Positions 7,755 through 15,876 of a DNA stretch of 25,583 nt are shown one piece after another. Each line of letters starts with the position of its first letter. The stretch's first letter is position 1. The DNA is from a virus (Duplodnaviria; Caudoviricetes): the IMG/VR virus record IMGVR_UViG_3300025387_000066, positions 1-25,583 of that record. One strand, given 5' to 3'. Below the pieces are notes generated by a model. That model worked only from the letters and a program-made list of their open reading frames with translations. It did not search any database and had not been told where the DNA came from. The position numbers and the translations under genes are program-made.

Positions 7755-8395
7755 TTAGCTTCCATCAAAGAATTAACAAAATCTAATAAAATGGCATGAT
7801 GGTATCCGTTGTGCCATTTTTTATTTAAATATTTATATTGTTTGTACCATTTTTCTTCGCTCTCAGGATGGCATCCTATAAGCCCTATACGGCCCTGACG
7901 TATTGCCATAGGGTCTCCATTTGAATATCTGGCTATGACCTGCGTGGAGCCTTCCCCTTGAAACGTTGGGCCATCGTAGAAAAACATTTCCTGAGGTATT
8001 CCCAACCAGTTGATCTTAGCAACTGTCGCATAAGACCTACGAATGTCACTTTCAGGACGCTTAATATACTGATGGGCAGTAATACCATCAAGAATATCAA
8101 AGTAATTACGATCAGCCCAATAAGCGCCCATACAAATTCCGAGATAGCGACCCCCACCCTCAACAAACTGGGCCACAAGATTACCTTCACGTCGTTTAAA
8201 AAAATCGTAATAACGATCTGCATCTCCGATACCCCCACCAAAGGCCACAAGATCAACTCCTTCAAAAGTTTTCTTAGTAAATTCAGTCTCATCAAATAGC
8301 CTTATCTGATAATGAGGGTACAACGCCGCAATCATGCCATCACAGCAATCGTCAGAACATTCTGGGTCATGCGTAAATATAGCTATGGTTTTCAT
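7751..8395 (-). CDS. Class I glutamine amidotransferase-like protein (BPL-N / biotin-protein-ligase N-terminal family)
   Basis: FGGG oxyanion loop, GGRYLGICMGAY nucleophile elbow and GCHPE (Cys-His-Glu triad). Confidence 0.82.
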   Translation of the reverse strand: MKTIAIFTHDPECSDDCCDGMIAALYPHYQIRLFDETEFTKKTFEGVDLVAFGGGIGDADRYYDFFKRREGNLVAQFVEGGGRYLGICMGAYWADRNYFDILDGITAHQYIKRPESDIRRSYATVAKINWLGIPQEMFFYDGPTFQGEGSTQVIARYSNGDPMAIRQGRIGLIGCHPESEEKWYKQYKYLNKKWHNGYHHAILLDFVNSLMEAN

Positions 8396-8496
8396 TTTGT
8401 TAAGGTTGAGTATGTCATGGCAATAGCAAATATTAACCAGACCAACCTTAACACATTATCTATGAAACGCTCATATTTATCTAAAGAAAACTTCAT
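8392..8496 (-). CDS. Small single-TM membrane peptide (34 aa), not in track
   Basis: MKFSLDKYERFIDNVLRLVWLIFAIAMTYSTLTK; AGGGG SD; the TGA overlaps the ATG of the next gene. Confidence 0.6.
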   Translation of the reverse strand: MKFSLDKYERFIDNVLRLVWLIFAIAMTYSTLTK

Positions 8497-8550
8497 AACA
8501 AACCCCTGTATATACAATGTACATACAATACAACGATAACAGGGTTGTGA

Positions 8551-8769
8551 CTACATAGACTTGCGCTGAGAAATAGGGTCGTATTTTAGTCCCCTAAGTA
8601 TTTCATTTTCTTCTTTTAAGTTTTTATTTTCATCCCGCAAGTCTTTTATTTCTTGTGCAGCTCTAACCAAAAGGCCAACCCATAGCTCGCCATGATCTGC
8701 GCAATATAACAATGCGTCAAGGACATCCATTTCCTTTTGTATTTTACTGTCATACCAGCGCAAAGTCAT
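8551..8769 (-). CDS. Hypothetical protein with coiled coil
   Basis: Track ORF with AAGGA SD; contains AAQEIKDLR, related to the AADRIE motif in neighbouring genes. Confidence 0.7.
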   Translation of the reverse strand: MTLRWYDSKIQKEMDVLDALLYCADHGELWVGLLVRAAQEIKDLRDENKNLKEENEILRGLKYDPISQRKSM

Positions 8770-8821
8770 TGTTCCAGTCCTTTAATGCCATGCTTATTAA
8801 ATGAACTTATCGTGATACCAA

Positions 8822-9046
8822 TCAGTCTCCTTTTGGCGGCTCAGGTAATGGCATCCAATGGGTCGGTTGAAACTCTGTATCTCCAGATAAAAACAAGCCG
8901 CCAACATTCCAAACCCTAATTGGCTCATCGTAAAAACCATCCATATCAGTTAAATCGCAATATGCGACTGCTTGTCTTCTATCACTTGAATAAACAAGAA
9001 TATCGGTCATTTCTGGTGCTGTTTCTATTGGTTTCCATTCAGCCAT
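8822..9046 (-). CDS. DUF551-family protein
   Basis: WKPIETAP ... PTHWMPLPEPP. Confidence 0.85.
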   Translation of the reverse strand: MAEWKPIETAPEMTDILVYSSDRRQAVAYCDLTDMDGFYDEPIRVWNVGGLFLSGDTEFQPTHWMPLPEPPKGD

Positions 9047-9243
9047 TACTTATTATCCTCTAATGCGGTGCGAGCTATTTCAGCACATTTGCAAACAAAC
9101 CCGCAGTCAACTTTTACAACTTCTCTTAATGCTGCTTCCAGCTGCTCAATGCGGTCGGCGGCTTGTTTGCGCTGCTCAATAGCTAATTCAATTTCCCAGT
9201 CGTGAAGTTCTTGTCGCAATTGTCCAACAAAATTGTCAACCAT
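9046..9243 (-). CDS. Hypothetical protein (AADRIEQLEAAL family)
   Basis: Coupled small ORF; paralogous to 9243..9458. Confidence 0.75.
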   Translation of the reverse strand: MVDNFVGQLRQELHDWEIELAIEQRKQAADRIEQLEAALREVVKVDCGFVCKCAEIARTALEDNK

Positions 9244-9458
9244 TATTTAATCTCCTTTAATGCAGCGTAAGCATAATCTTGCATCATTCTGATTTGCTCA
9301 TGTGGGTTTGAAATATTTCTAGGGAACCATCCTTTAATATTGGCTAATGCCGCCTCAAGTTTCTCAATTCGATCAGCAGCACAAGCGCATAGTTCCCCTT
9401 CGTAGCTCCAACTGACATCAACAGCCCGTAGCCGTTCCACAAGATTATCAGTCATCAC
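9243..9458 (-). CDS. Hypothetical protein (AADRIEKLEAAL family)
   Basis: Coupled small ORF; DNLVERLR...AADRIEKLEAAL. Confidence 0.75.
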   Translation of the reverse strand: MMTDNLVERLRAVDVSWSYEGELCACAADRIEKLEAALANIKGWFPRNISNPHEQIRMMQDYAYAALKEIK

Positions 9459-9655
9459 TTATTCTCCGTCGGTTTTTTTTCATAACCAAACACATCCATT
9501 TTTATATCGCCATTTTTAATTTGCTGATATAAATTAAATCCAAAATACTGCGTCCATCCTGGACCTTCAGCGACCAAACACATACTCTTCCCATAATAAA
9601 TATGCCAATCTCCCAATGGCATGGCCCTCCAATAAAATTTAGATTTATCCATCAC
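9455..9655 (-). CDS. Hypothetical protein
   Basis: GTGA overlaps on both sides in the tightly coupled array. Confidence 0.65.
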   Translation of the reverse strand: MMDKSKFYWRAMPLGDWHIYYGKSMCLVAEGPGWTQYFGFNLYQQIKNGDIKMDVFGYEKKPTENK

Positions 9656-9860
9656 TCAGTCTCTTTCGGTGGTTTGGGTAAAGGCATCCAGTGAGTAGCC
9701 TCATAATGTACAGATGAGGAGCAGCATCCGCAGCCATTGTGTTTTGGATACATTCCAAATTCTGTTTCAACCAGCCAAATATCTTTTCCATCCCAAACAA
9801 GGATTTCTGGACCCTTTGGTGCGGTTTGTATTGGCTGCCAATCAGTCATCACTCAGTCTC
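9650..9860. repeat. 14-bp direct repeat CATCACTCAGTCTC flanking a DUF551 gene
   Basis: Copies at 9650-9663 and 9847-9860. A second repeat, ATCAGTCATCACT, occurs at 9447-9459 and 9841-9853. Confidence 0.8.
9652..9852 (-). CDS. DUF551-family protein
   Basis: WQPIQTAPK ... ATHWMPLPKPP. Confidence 0.85.
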   Translation of the reverse strand: MMTDWQPIQTAPKGPEILVWDGKDIWLVETEFGMYPKHNGCGCCSSSVHYEATHWMPLPKPPKETE

Positions 9861-10169
9861 CATCTTTCGTGCTTCTAACATTGCATCAGCGATTTCATAA
9901 GCACGTTCAGCTTGTCTCTTTGCGATAGCGTTAGTTTTGAAAGATGTAAGTGCTGCCATAGCAAAGCGATCACGCATAGTTTCGTGATGTTCTTGAATTT
10001 GTGGTTTAGTAATATTGGTAATATTGTTCCACAGAGATGATTCCAGTTCCTCAATGCGATTAGCGGCTTCGTCAAATAAATCAGAACTTAATGTGAAATT
10101 TTGATTTTTTGGATCACGAATCCATTGTTCAAAATTACGCAGCCGTTTAACGATTAATTCTTTACTCAT
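9849..10169 (-). CDS. Hypothetical phage protein (two small modules)
   Basis: N-part contains AANRIEELE; C-part contains TMRDRFAMAAL...AERAYEIADAMLEAR, a common small phage motif. Confidence 0.75.
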   Translation of the reverse strand: MSKELIVKRLRNFEQWIRDPKNQNFTLSSDLFDEAANRIEELESSLWNNITNITKPQIQEHHETMRDRFAMAALTSFKTNAIAKRQAERAYEIADAMLEARKMETE

Positions 10170-10501
10170 AGTCCTTCTCCTTCTTCAACATCAATCTCAA
10201 CTTTTATGCAAGCCAAACGATCATCACCATCGTAATGATCAGCTTCTTCTTTGCTAGAACAACACAGAAAACAATATTCATATATATTTAACCAAATAGT
10301 CCGTTTAATTCGTGGTTTGACTTCAATGAGATCATTAACATCTGGCGCATTTAACAACACTTTACCAGTCTCCTCATCCCACTGATGCGAATACCAATCA
10401 ATACCTAGCTTAACCCAGCCATAAACAATGCCACGATCAATATGGCTCAACTTAATCTCATCATTGCGTTTGTTGGTGTATTTCTTTTCTAGATCAATCA
10501 T
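10166..10501 (-). CDS. Hypothetical protein, paralog of 16078..16476
   Basis: IDLEKKY ... DLIEVKPRIKRTIWLNIY ... RLACIKVEIDVEEGEGL. Confidence 0.78.
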   Translation of the reverse strand: MIDLEKKYTNKRNDEIKLSHIDRGIVYGWVKLGIDWYSHQWDEETGKVLLNAPDVNDLIEVKPRIKRTIWLNIYEYCFLCCSSKEEADHYDGDDRLACIKVEIDVEEGEGL

Positions 10502-10787
10502 CTGTATTTTCCTGATTTATAATATGAACATTATAATCTTTATCTTCTCTGATATGCCCATTGATGATGCTAAGATACAGTCGTATTTCCTCCTGCCTTT
10601 CAGAAGTAATGCCGTCAGTATTCAAATCATTTAGAATATTTTCAAACAATTCAGCGCATTTAAACAATGCACGAACAATGTTCTCATAATCTTTTCGTGG
10701 ATAGGATTGATAAAACAACTCATCAAGTTTGTTCTGTATATCTCTATAATCATTCCATATCTGTTGATTTGCAGCAGTGCGAAACAT
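10494..10787 (-). CDS. Hypothetical protein
   Basis: AGGAG SD upstream of the ATG at 10787. Confidence 0.7.
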   Translation of the reverse strand: MFRTAANQQIWNDYRDIQNKLDELFYQSYPRKDYENIVRALFKCAELFENILNDLNTDGITSERQEEIRLYLSIINGHIREDKDYNVHIINQENTDD

Positions 10788-10833
10788 ACTAATCTCCTAA
10801 TAAATATACTGTCAATATAATATAGACTAAATA

Positions 10834-12474
10834 TCAGACTGGGTAAAGCGGAACTGGCGGTTTGCCCCAATTTTTCTTACTAGCTTCTAATTCTTCAGCA
10901 AGTTCAGTTGGCCTTTGCAATAGCCCAGTTTGTCTAATGTGGCTCATAGCAATGCTGACTGTATCGACCAAGTCATCATGTGCGCCCTTGGGGAATGATG
11001 CGACTTGCTCAATTACCTCAGTGCTCCAAGACATCTCAGGTGCAAATACCAGCCCCTCCGCAAATAGATGCTGGACGGCATATAGGCGGCTTACCTTATC
11101 TTTGCCCTTACCCTTGTAATCTACGAGCTGGACGGCAAACTCCTCCGCTCCGTAAACACGCCGCAGCTCCTGAGACACGCTTATACCTGCTGCTTTAGCC
11201 TCAATAAGCAGTTTATCTATATTAAATTGCTTGGATGTCTTTTGTACTTTCTCTACTAAATCGTGGAACTGCAACCGAGCTTGCCATGCGCCGATCAGCA
11301 TAACCCTCGGCGACATCTGACCATAGCTACGCTCGACCTGCATTGTCCTACCATCTTCGCCAATAATACGAGATGATTTGGCTGTTATGTCATGCTCAAA
11401 GACGCCCCAAATAGACATAGCCGAAAAGTCATTTTCTTCCTTTTCCGTATATGCCGTATCCAAGGCTGCCACAATATAAGAAAACGGAGGGTATTCTGAT
11501 GCTTCCCATAACTTCCACCAATCGCTGTCAATGATACCACCGCCCTTTGGAACGGGTAACTGCTGCAACTGACCAGCGGCAGCAAATGGGCCGAGGTTAG
11601 TCTCAAGGTTCTTAACTTCTTCCTCCCCGAAGCGTTCAGGCCAGAGCAACTCACCCTCTTGAGTTCTCCAGTCTGACCAACCAATACTAGTTGTATAGCT
11701 TCGGGAAGGACTGAAACGCATCGGCAAGCACAGATGCGTCCATTCTTCAAAGTTCTTACTCATCAAATAACCCGTCAGATCACGCTCCGACAGTCTTTGC
11801 TGAATAACGACATAAGCGCCAGTCTTGGCATTGTTAAGGCGGGTTGATAAGGCGCCTGTCCACCATTCAATTGTGCTTTCAATCGTAGCATCAGAATAAG
11901 CTTCCTGTGCTGCGTTAGGATCGTCAACGATAATAATATTACCGCCTTCACCCGTAAGAGCCGAGCCCACAGACGTTGCCAGCCTCGACCCCTTCTTGTT
12001 GTTATCGAACCTGCCTTTAGCTGCTTGGTCAGGCATGAGCTGAAAGCGATCACCCCAATGCTTCTGATACCATTCGCTGGTAATCAAACGCCTCATCTTC
12101 AGGTTATCACGCAAACTCAATTGTTGCGCAAAGGATGCCGTTAGGAATTGAACGCCTGGTCCCGATGTATCAGACAATTGGCTTTGCGCCCACGTCCATG
12201 CAGGCCATGCCACACTTGTTAAGCTGGACTTAGCACAGCGTGGGGGAATGTTGATGACTAGTTTCTTAATCTGACCATCAGTCACAGCCATCAGATGCTC
12301 GGCAACGGCCTCAATGCAATTCCCGTCCACGAATGGAGAACTGTCAATGTACTTCCACGCCTTAGTCAGAAACTCATAAAGGCTTTCTTCACAGTCTTCC
12401 TTCTCGATCTCCTGCAATGTTTGATCGGGGTATTCCGTAATTAGCGTCTTTATGTAGCTGTCAAGGTCTAGCAT
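10834..12474 (-). CDS. terL: Terminase large subunit
   Basis: Walker A NIPPRCAKS, Walker B IIIVDDP, QQRL, nuclease motifs ALDTAY and FPKGAHDDLVD. Confidence 0.95.
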   Translation of the reverse strand: MLDLDSYIKTLITEYPDQTLQEIEKEDCEESLYEFLTKAWKYIDSSPFVDGNCIEAVAEHLMAVTDGQIKKLVINIPPRCAKSSLTSVAWPAWTWAQSQLSDTSGPGVQFLTASFAQQLSLRDNLKMRRLITSEWYQKHWGDRFQLMPDQAAKGRFDNNKKGSRLATSVGSALTGEGGNIIIVDDPNAAQEAYSDATIESTIEWWTGALSTRLNNAKTGAYVVIQQRLSERDLTGYLMSKNFEEWTHLCLPMRFSPSRSYTTSIGWSDWRTQEGELLWPERFGEEEVKNLETNLGPFAAAGQLQQLPVPKGGGIIDSDWWKLWEASEYPPFSYIVAALDTAYTEKEENDFSAMSIWGVFEHDITAKSSRIIGEDGRTMQVERSYGQMSPRVMLIGAWQARLQFHDLVEKVQKTSKQFNIDKLLIEAKAAGISVSQELRRVYGAEEFAVQLVDYKGKGKDKVSRLYAVQHLFAEGLVFAPEMSWSTEVIEQVASFPKGAHDDLVDTVSIAMSHIRQTGLLQRPTELAEELEASKKNWGKPPVPLYPV

Positions 12475-12727
12475 CGTTGATTTGCCGTTTCTTTGGCAGG
12501 GTGCAGAACTTCTCCCCGCTTGCCTTATCCATCCAGATTTCTAATGTCAGTCCATATTGGTGTCGTGGGTCATCTGTAAATAACAAGTCGCCGTTGGGCA
12601 TTTCATAGGCATAGCCAGCATCACTGTCATATTCAGGACGCTTGAGCCAGCCAAACGTGTGGTAGCTGGCTTTCGACAGGAATACGGCATCATTCTTCTT
12701 CATCGTCATCTTCATTTCCTGCCCCAA
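12461..12727 (-). CDS. Hypothetical protein between terS and terL (true start probably nearer 12703)
   Basis: Fills the gap and overlaps both neighbours. Confidence 0.6.
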   Translation of the reverse strand: MGQEMKMTMKKNDAVFLSKASYHTFGWLKRPEYDSDAGYAYEMPNGDLLFTDDPRHQYGLTLEIWMDKASGEKFCTLPKKRQINDARP

Positions 12728-13148
12728 CCTTAGCCGACATAATTAGTTCTTTAAGCATTGCTCGTTGATCGGCATCGAACTTCTTAACGTCTATTTTGAA
12801 TGTCCCCTCAATAGGCCCACCATTAGCGCCAGTTATTTCGGTCTTATTAGTCTCAGACCAACGGCCCCGTGTTTTCATCCAGAATATAGCAGCGGGAACA
12901 GCTCCCGGCTTATTGCTTGTTGCTATACTGTAGAGGTTAGAAGCCACAGCCATGTTAGCCATGTCCGTGCCAGTATCTAACTCGTCACGGAAATGCTTCC
13001 GAAGCGTCTCGTCAGAAACGCCAATGATCTTACCAATATTAACCTGCTGGATGCCCATACCTGCCATCATCCGAACTTGCTTTCGCTGTTGCTCGGTTGG
13101 CTGGAATGGAGCTGGGCCTCTTTTACCCCTCTTTACCATGTCGTTCAT
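12690..13148 (-). CDS. terS: Terminase small subunit
   Basis: N-terminal HTH (IGVSDETLRKHF), AAIFWMKTRGRWSE and EITGANGGPI; lies upstream of terL. Confidence 0.82.
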   Translation of the reverse strand: MNDMVKRGKRGPAPFQPTEQQRKQVRMMAGMGIQQVNIGKIIGVSDETLRKHFRDELDTGTDMANMAVASNLYSIATSNKPGAVPAAIFWMKTRGRWSETNKTEITGANGGPIEGTFKIDVKKFDADQRAMLKELIMSAKVGAGNEDDDEEE

Positions 13149-14406
13149 TTTTCATCTCATTAAATGTTCTGCCATCACCATCTAGAATGGCTTCTTGTCC
13201 AGTGAACTCTTGCCACCGCTTAACAATAACATCTACATATCTAGGGTCAAGCTCCATTAAATAAGCGTAACGACCATTTTTTTGCGCTGCAATAAGTGTT
13301 GTTCCAGAACCACCAAAGCTATCCAATACAATATCTCCACCCTTTGTATTGTTAAGCATTTGATATTCAAACAAAGCAACGGGTTTCATCGTAGGATGTT
13401 CACCATTGCGAGATGGTTTATCAAACTCAAGAAGCGTCGTTTGTTTTCTATCGGCTGCCCACAAATGTGAAGAACCTTCTTTCCAACCATATAGGCAAGG
13501 CTCATGCTTCCATTGATAATCTTGACGCCCCATGACCATAGTGGACTTAGCCCAAATTAAACATTGTCGAATTTTCCACCCAGCATCAAAGCAAGCTCCT
13601 CGGAAATTATATCCTTCACTATCAGCGTGCCAAATATAAAAAACAGCTCCAGCTTTCATAACTGTATCAGCAGCCACAAAAGCATCTCTAAGGAATTGTC
13701 TAAAACTTTCGTTGCTCATTGAGTCATTTTTAATTGTTAAGGCATCTTTAGTTTTACCTTCATAAGCAACATTATATGGAGGGTCAGTTAACCACATATC
13801 AACTAGACAATTATCCGTTAATCTTTGAATATGATCTATACTTGTACTATCACCACAAAGTAGGCGGTTTTTACCCATTATCCAAAGATCGCCTTGGACA
13901 GACACGGGGTTTTCAGGCGCTTCAGGCACTTCGTCTGGGTCGGTCAATCCCTCGGTCTTATCAGCCAGCAATCCCTCAAGCACCTTGCCGTCAAAGCCAA
14001 TAAGGTCAAGGTTGAAGTCCATACCTGCCAAATCTTTAAGCTCAACCGAAAGCAGGTCATTATCCCAGCCAGCGTTCATAGCCAGCTGGTTATCCGCCAA
14101 AACGTAAGCCTTCTTTTGCGCCTCAGTCCAGCCAGTTGCCGTCATTACAGGCACTTCCTTTAGACCAAGCTGACGAGCAGCCATCACACGCCCATGCCCA
14201 GCAATGATTTGCCCCGTCTCGTCAACCAGAACAGGCGATGTCCAACCCCATTCCTTGATAGACGCCGCAATCTGAGCCACCTGAGCATCGCTATGGGTTC
14301 TAGCGTTCCTTGCGTAAGGTATTAGTTTATCAATAGAAATTCGTTCAACCTTATCAGCAGGCCATCTTTCTTTTATAGACCCAACAGTTTTATCTGAGCT
14401 TGGCAT
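13123..14406 (-). CDS. ParB-like N-terminal domain fused to N6/N4 DNA methyltransferase
   Basis: PYARNARTH, IIAGHGR and LADN (ParB/Srx fold); TDPPYN, HPTMKP and LDSFGGSGTT (beta-class MTase). Confidence 0.93.
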   Translation of the reverse strand: MPSSDKTVGSIKERWPADKVERISIDKLIPYARNARTHSDAQVAQIAASIKEWGWTSPVLVDETGQIIAGHGRVMAARQLGLKEVPVMTATGWTEAQKKAYVLADNQLAMNAGWDNDLLSVELKDLAGMDFNLDLIGFDGKVLEGLLADKTEGLTDPDEVPEAPENPVSVQGDLWIMGKNRLLCGDSTSIDHIQRLTDNCLVDMWLTDPPYNVAYEGKTKDALTIKNDSMSNESFRQFLRDAFVAADTVMKAGAVFYIWHADSEGYNFRGACFDAGWKIRQCLIWAKSTMVMGRQDYQWKHEPCLYGWKEGSSHLWAADRKQTTLLEFDKPSRNGEHPTMKPVALFEYQMLNNTKGGDIVLDSFGGSGTTLIAAQKNGRYAYLMELDPRYVDVIVKRWQEFTGQEAILDGDGRTFNEMKNERHGKEG

Positions 14407-14432
14407 TATATTTAATTCCTCTGTAATTACAT

Positions 14433-14642
14433 TTAAATCGGAAGTATTGGTTCACCTACGCCATTATACAGCATTAATACGCAGTAAATACCATGATGAC
14501 AGGGTAATTCACTAATTACCGACCAATTTAATTCTAGGTATTTTTGTATATTGTTATGCTGCACATATTTATACCAGCTTATTTCAGGCATATTATCTGA
14601 CCTGCTTATAGACATTAGCCTTTTTGATCTAAAGCCAACCAT
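14433..14642 (-). CDS. Hypothetical protein
   Basis: Track ORF co-oriented with the operon; AGGT upstream; start uncertain. Confidence 0.5.
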   Translation of the reverse strand: MVGFRSKRLMSISRSDNMPEISWYKYVQHNNIQKYLELNWSVISELPCHHGIYCVLMLYNGVGEPILPI

Positions 14643-14654
14643 AATATTACCTAT

Positions 14655-14828
14655 TTAATTCAAGTCGCTCCATATTGCCAAGCAAATGCAATATATCGCA
14701 CAAAGGATTAATATACTTCCGTCAATACGGGGATTTATAACGAGAGCTATACCACCCCAGATGAACGCCACTCCCGACGCCGCCATCATCATTAGGCTCA
14801 GTAGATGCTTGTCTGTCTTCAGTCTCAT
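14655..14828 (-). CDS. Small two-TM membrane protein (57 aa), not in track
   Basis: MRLKTDKHLLSLMMMAASGVAFIWGGIALVINPRIDGSILILCAIYCICLAIWSDLN; AGGA SD; overlaps the 3' end of 14722..15006 in another frame. Confidence 0.6.
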   Translation of the reverse strand: MRLKTDKHLLSLMMMAASGVAFIWGGIALVINPRIDGSILILCAIYCICLAIWSDLN

Positions 14829-15006
14829 ATCTATTTATCCTATCTATAACTGCTTCAGCTTGCCCTGAGCAAAATATGCAAGCCCTATCACATCTTGAGC
14901 TATCTTCCCCTCCCAGCGAATATCCGCAAAGGGTCAATGCTATTTCTTCTATAAGTTTATCCGATCTGTCAACCATATCTTTACCCCCATTAATACTATA
15001 GCACAT
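14722..15006 (-). CDS. Hypothetical protein (likely start at MVDRSD)
   Basis: GGGG SD before the internal ATG; C-x3-C-x2-C cluster. Confidence 0.55.
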   Translation of the reverse strand: MCYSINGGKDMVDRSDKLIEEIALTLCGYSLGGEDSSRCDRACIFCSGQAEAVIDRINRYETEDRQASTEPNDDGGVGSGVHLGWYSSRYKSPY

Positions 15007-15060
15007 AACTTATTGAAAATTAATGACAAAAAAAATTATCAACAAATGATAAAATACCAC

Positions 15061-15089
15061 TTGCATTAGGACACTATGTCCTATATATA
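15061..15089 (+). promoter_or_regulatory. Sigma70 promoter with palindromic operator in spacer (copy 1)
   Basis: TTGCAT-N17-TATATA; the spacer is TAGGACA-CTA-TGTCCTA. Confidence 0.8.
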
Positions 15090-15131
15090 AACACTTATGG
15101 CATTGATTTGCCACATTATATGGAGATTAAA

Positions 15132-15419
15132 ATGACTACTCTTAATAAATTTTACCCTCTTGGTTGGACCAGCCCTGCTATCACATTTGGAGATCATTGC
15201 GAATGGAGCACTATCTGCTTATCTATTTACGAAAGCATTAACAGCGATAATATTGACGAGCTGGAAGCCACTGACCGCATCCATTTTAGAGAATTGGAGA
15301 CAGAGGATGGCAGCGATTATGTGGAAGGGGTATATCTTGACAATAAGCTAATTGGCTCATGGTCATACCCATTTACGCATAATCCAGAATTATACAGAGA
15401 AATTAAAATAAGCGTTTGA
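15132..15419 (+). CDS. Hypothetical acidic protein
   Basis: GGAG SD before the ATG at 15132, in frame with track ORF 15108. Confidence 0.75.
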   Translation: MTTLNKFYPLGWTSPAITFGDHCEWSTICLSIYESINSDNIDELEATDRIHFRELETEDGSDYVEGVYLDNKLIGSWSYPFTHNPELYREIKISV

Positions 15420-15444
15420 CAGGGGACAAAATGTCCTATATATA
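15416..15444 (+). promoter_or_regulatory. Sigma70 promoter with palindromic operator in spacer (copy 2)
   Basis: TTGACA-N17-TATATA; the spacer contains GGACA-AAA-TGTCC. Confidence 0.85.
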
Positions 15445-15485
15445 TAAATACATCAGCAACGAGCTGACATTATATGGAGATGACA

Positions 15486-15782
15486 ATGCTTAACAATTAC
15501 AACTCAGTTGACCGCTACTTCATCCTCAAGGACGAGATTGCAGCCCTCACAAAAGAGTTAGATGCACTCAAAGCAGAGTTTGTAGCCTCTGGCATGGAAA
15601 CCATCGAAGGTTCAATTGCCACAGTCACAGTAAAACTTGCAGAGCGTACAACTTTTGACGGCGCAGAAGCTAAAAAGCTTTTGACTGACGAACAGATCGC
15701 TAAATGCTCAAAGACATCTTTGATCACTAGCGTCACAATCAAAGCTAACGCAAAAGTAATCAAGTCAATGGTGGAGGCGTAA
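15486..15782 (+). CDS. Hypothetical protein (coiled coil plus beta region)
   Basis: GGAG SD before the ATG at 15486, in frame with track ORF 15474. Confidence 0.8.
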   Translation: MLNNYNSVDRYFILKDEIAALTKELDALKAEFVASGMETIEGSIATVTVKLAERTTFDGAEAKKLLTDEQIAKCSKTSLITSVTIKANAKVIKSMVEA

Positions 15783-15802
15783 GCCTCCCCCTAATAAGGG
15801 GG
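15773..15802 (+). other. GNRA hairpin and overlapping alternative hairpin
   Basis: GGAGGC-GTAA-GCCTCC (15773-15788) and CCCCCT-AATA-AGGGGG (15787-15802); no U-tract follows. Confidence 0.55.
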
Positions 15803-15807
15803 TTAAC

Positions 15808-15876
15808 ATGGAAATAATTATGTTTGGATTGGTTCCCTTTTTAATTATAATTATGGTGGAGGTGAAAAATGGATAA
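15808..15876 (+). CDS. Possible 22-aa hydrophobic peptide
   Basis: MEIIMFGLVPFLIIIMVEVKNG; TAAGGGGG SD; overlaps the next start. Confidence 0.45.
   Translation: MEIIMFGLVPFLIIIMVEVKNG

Noticed and set aside
10862-14163. Short antisense or alternate-frame ORFs within terL, terS and the MTase
   Set aside because: Shadow frames without recognisable features.
15773-15788. GC-rich hairpin as intrinsic terminator
   Set aside because: No U-tract on either side, and downstream genes are co-oriented and coupled.
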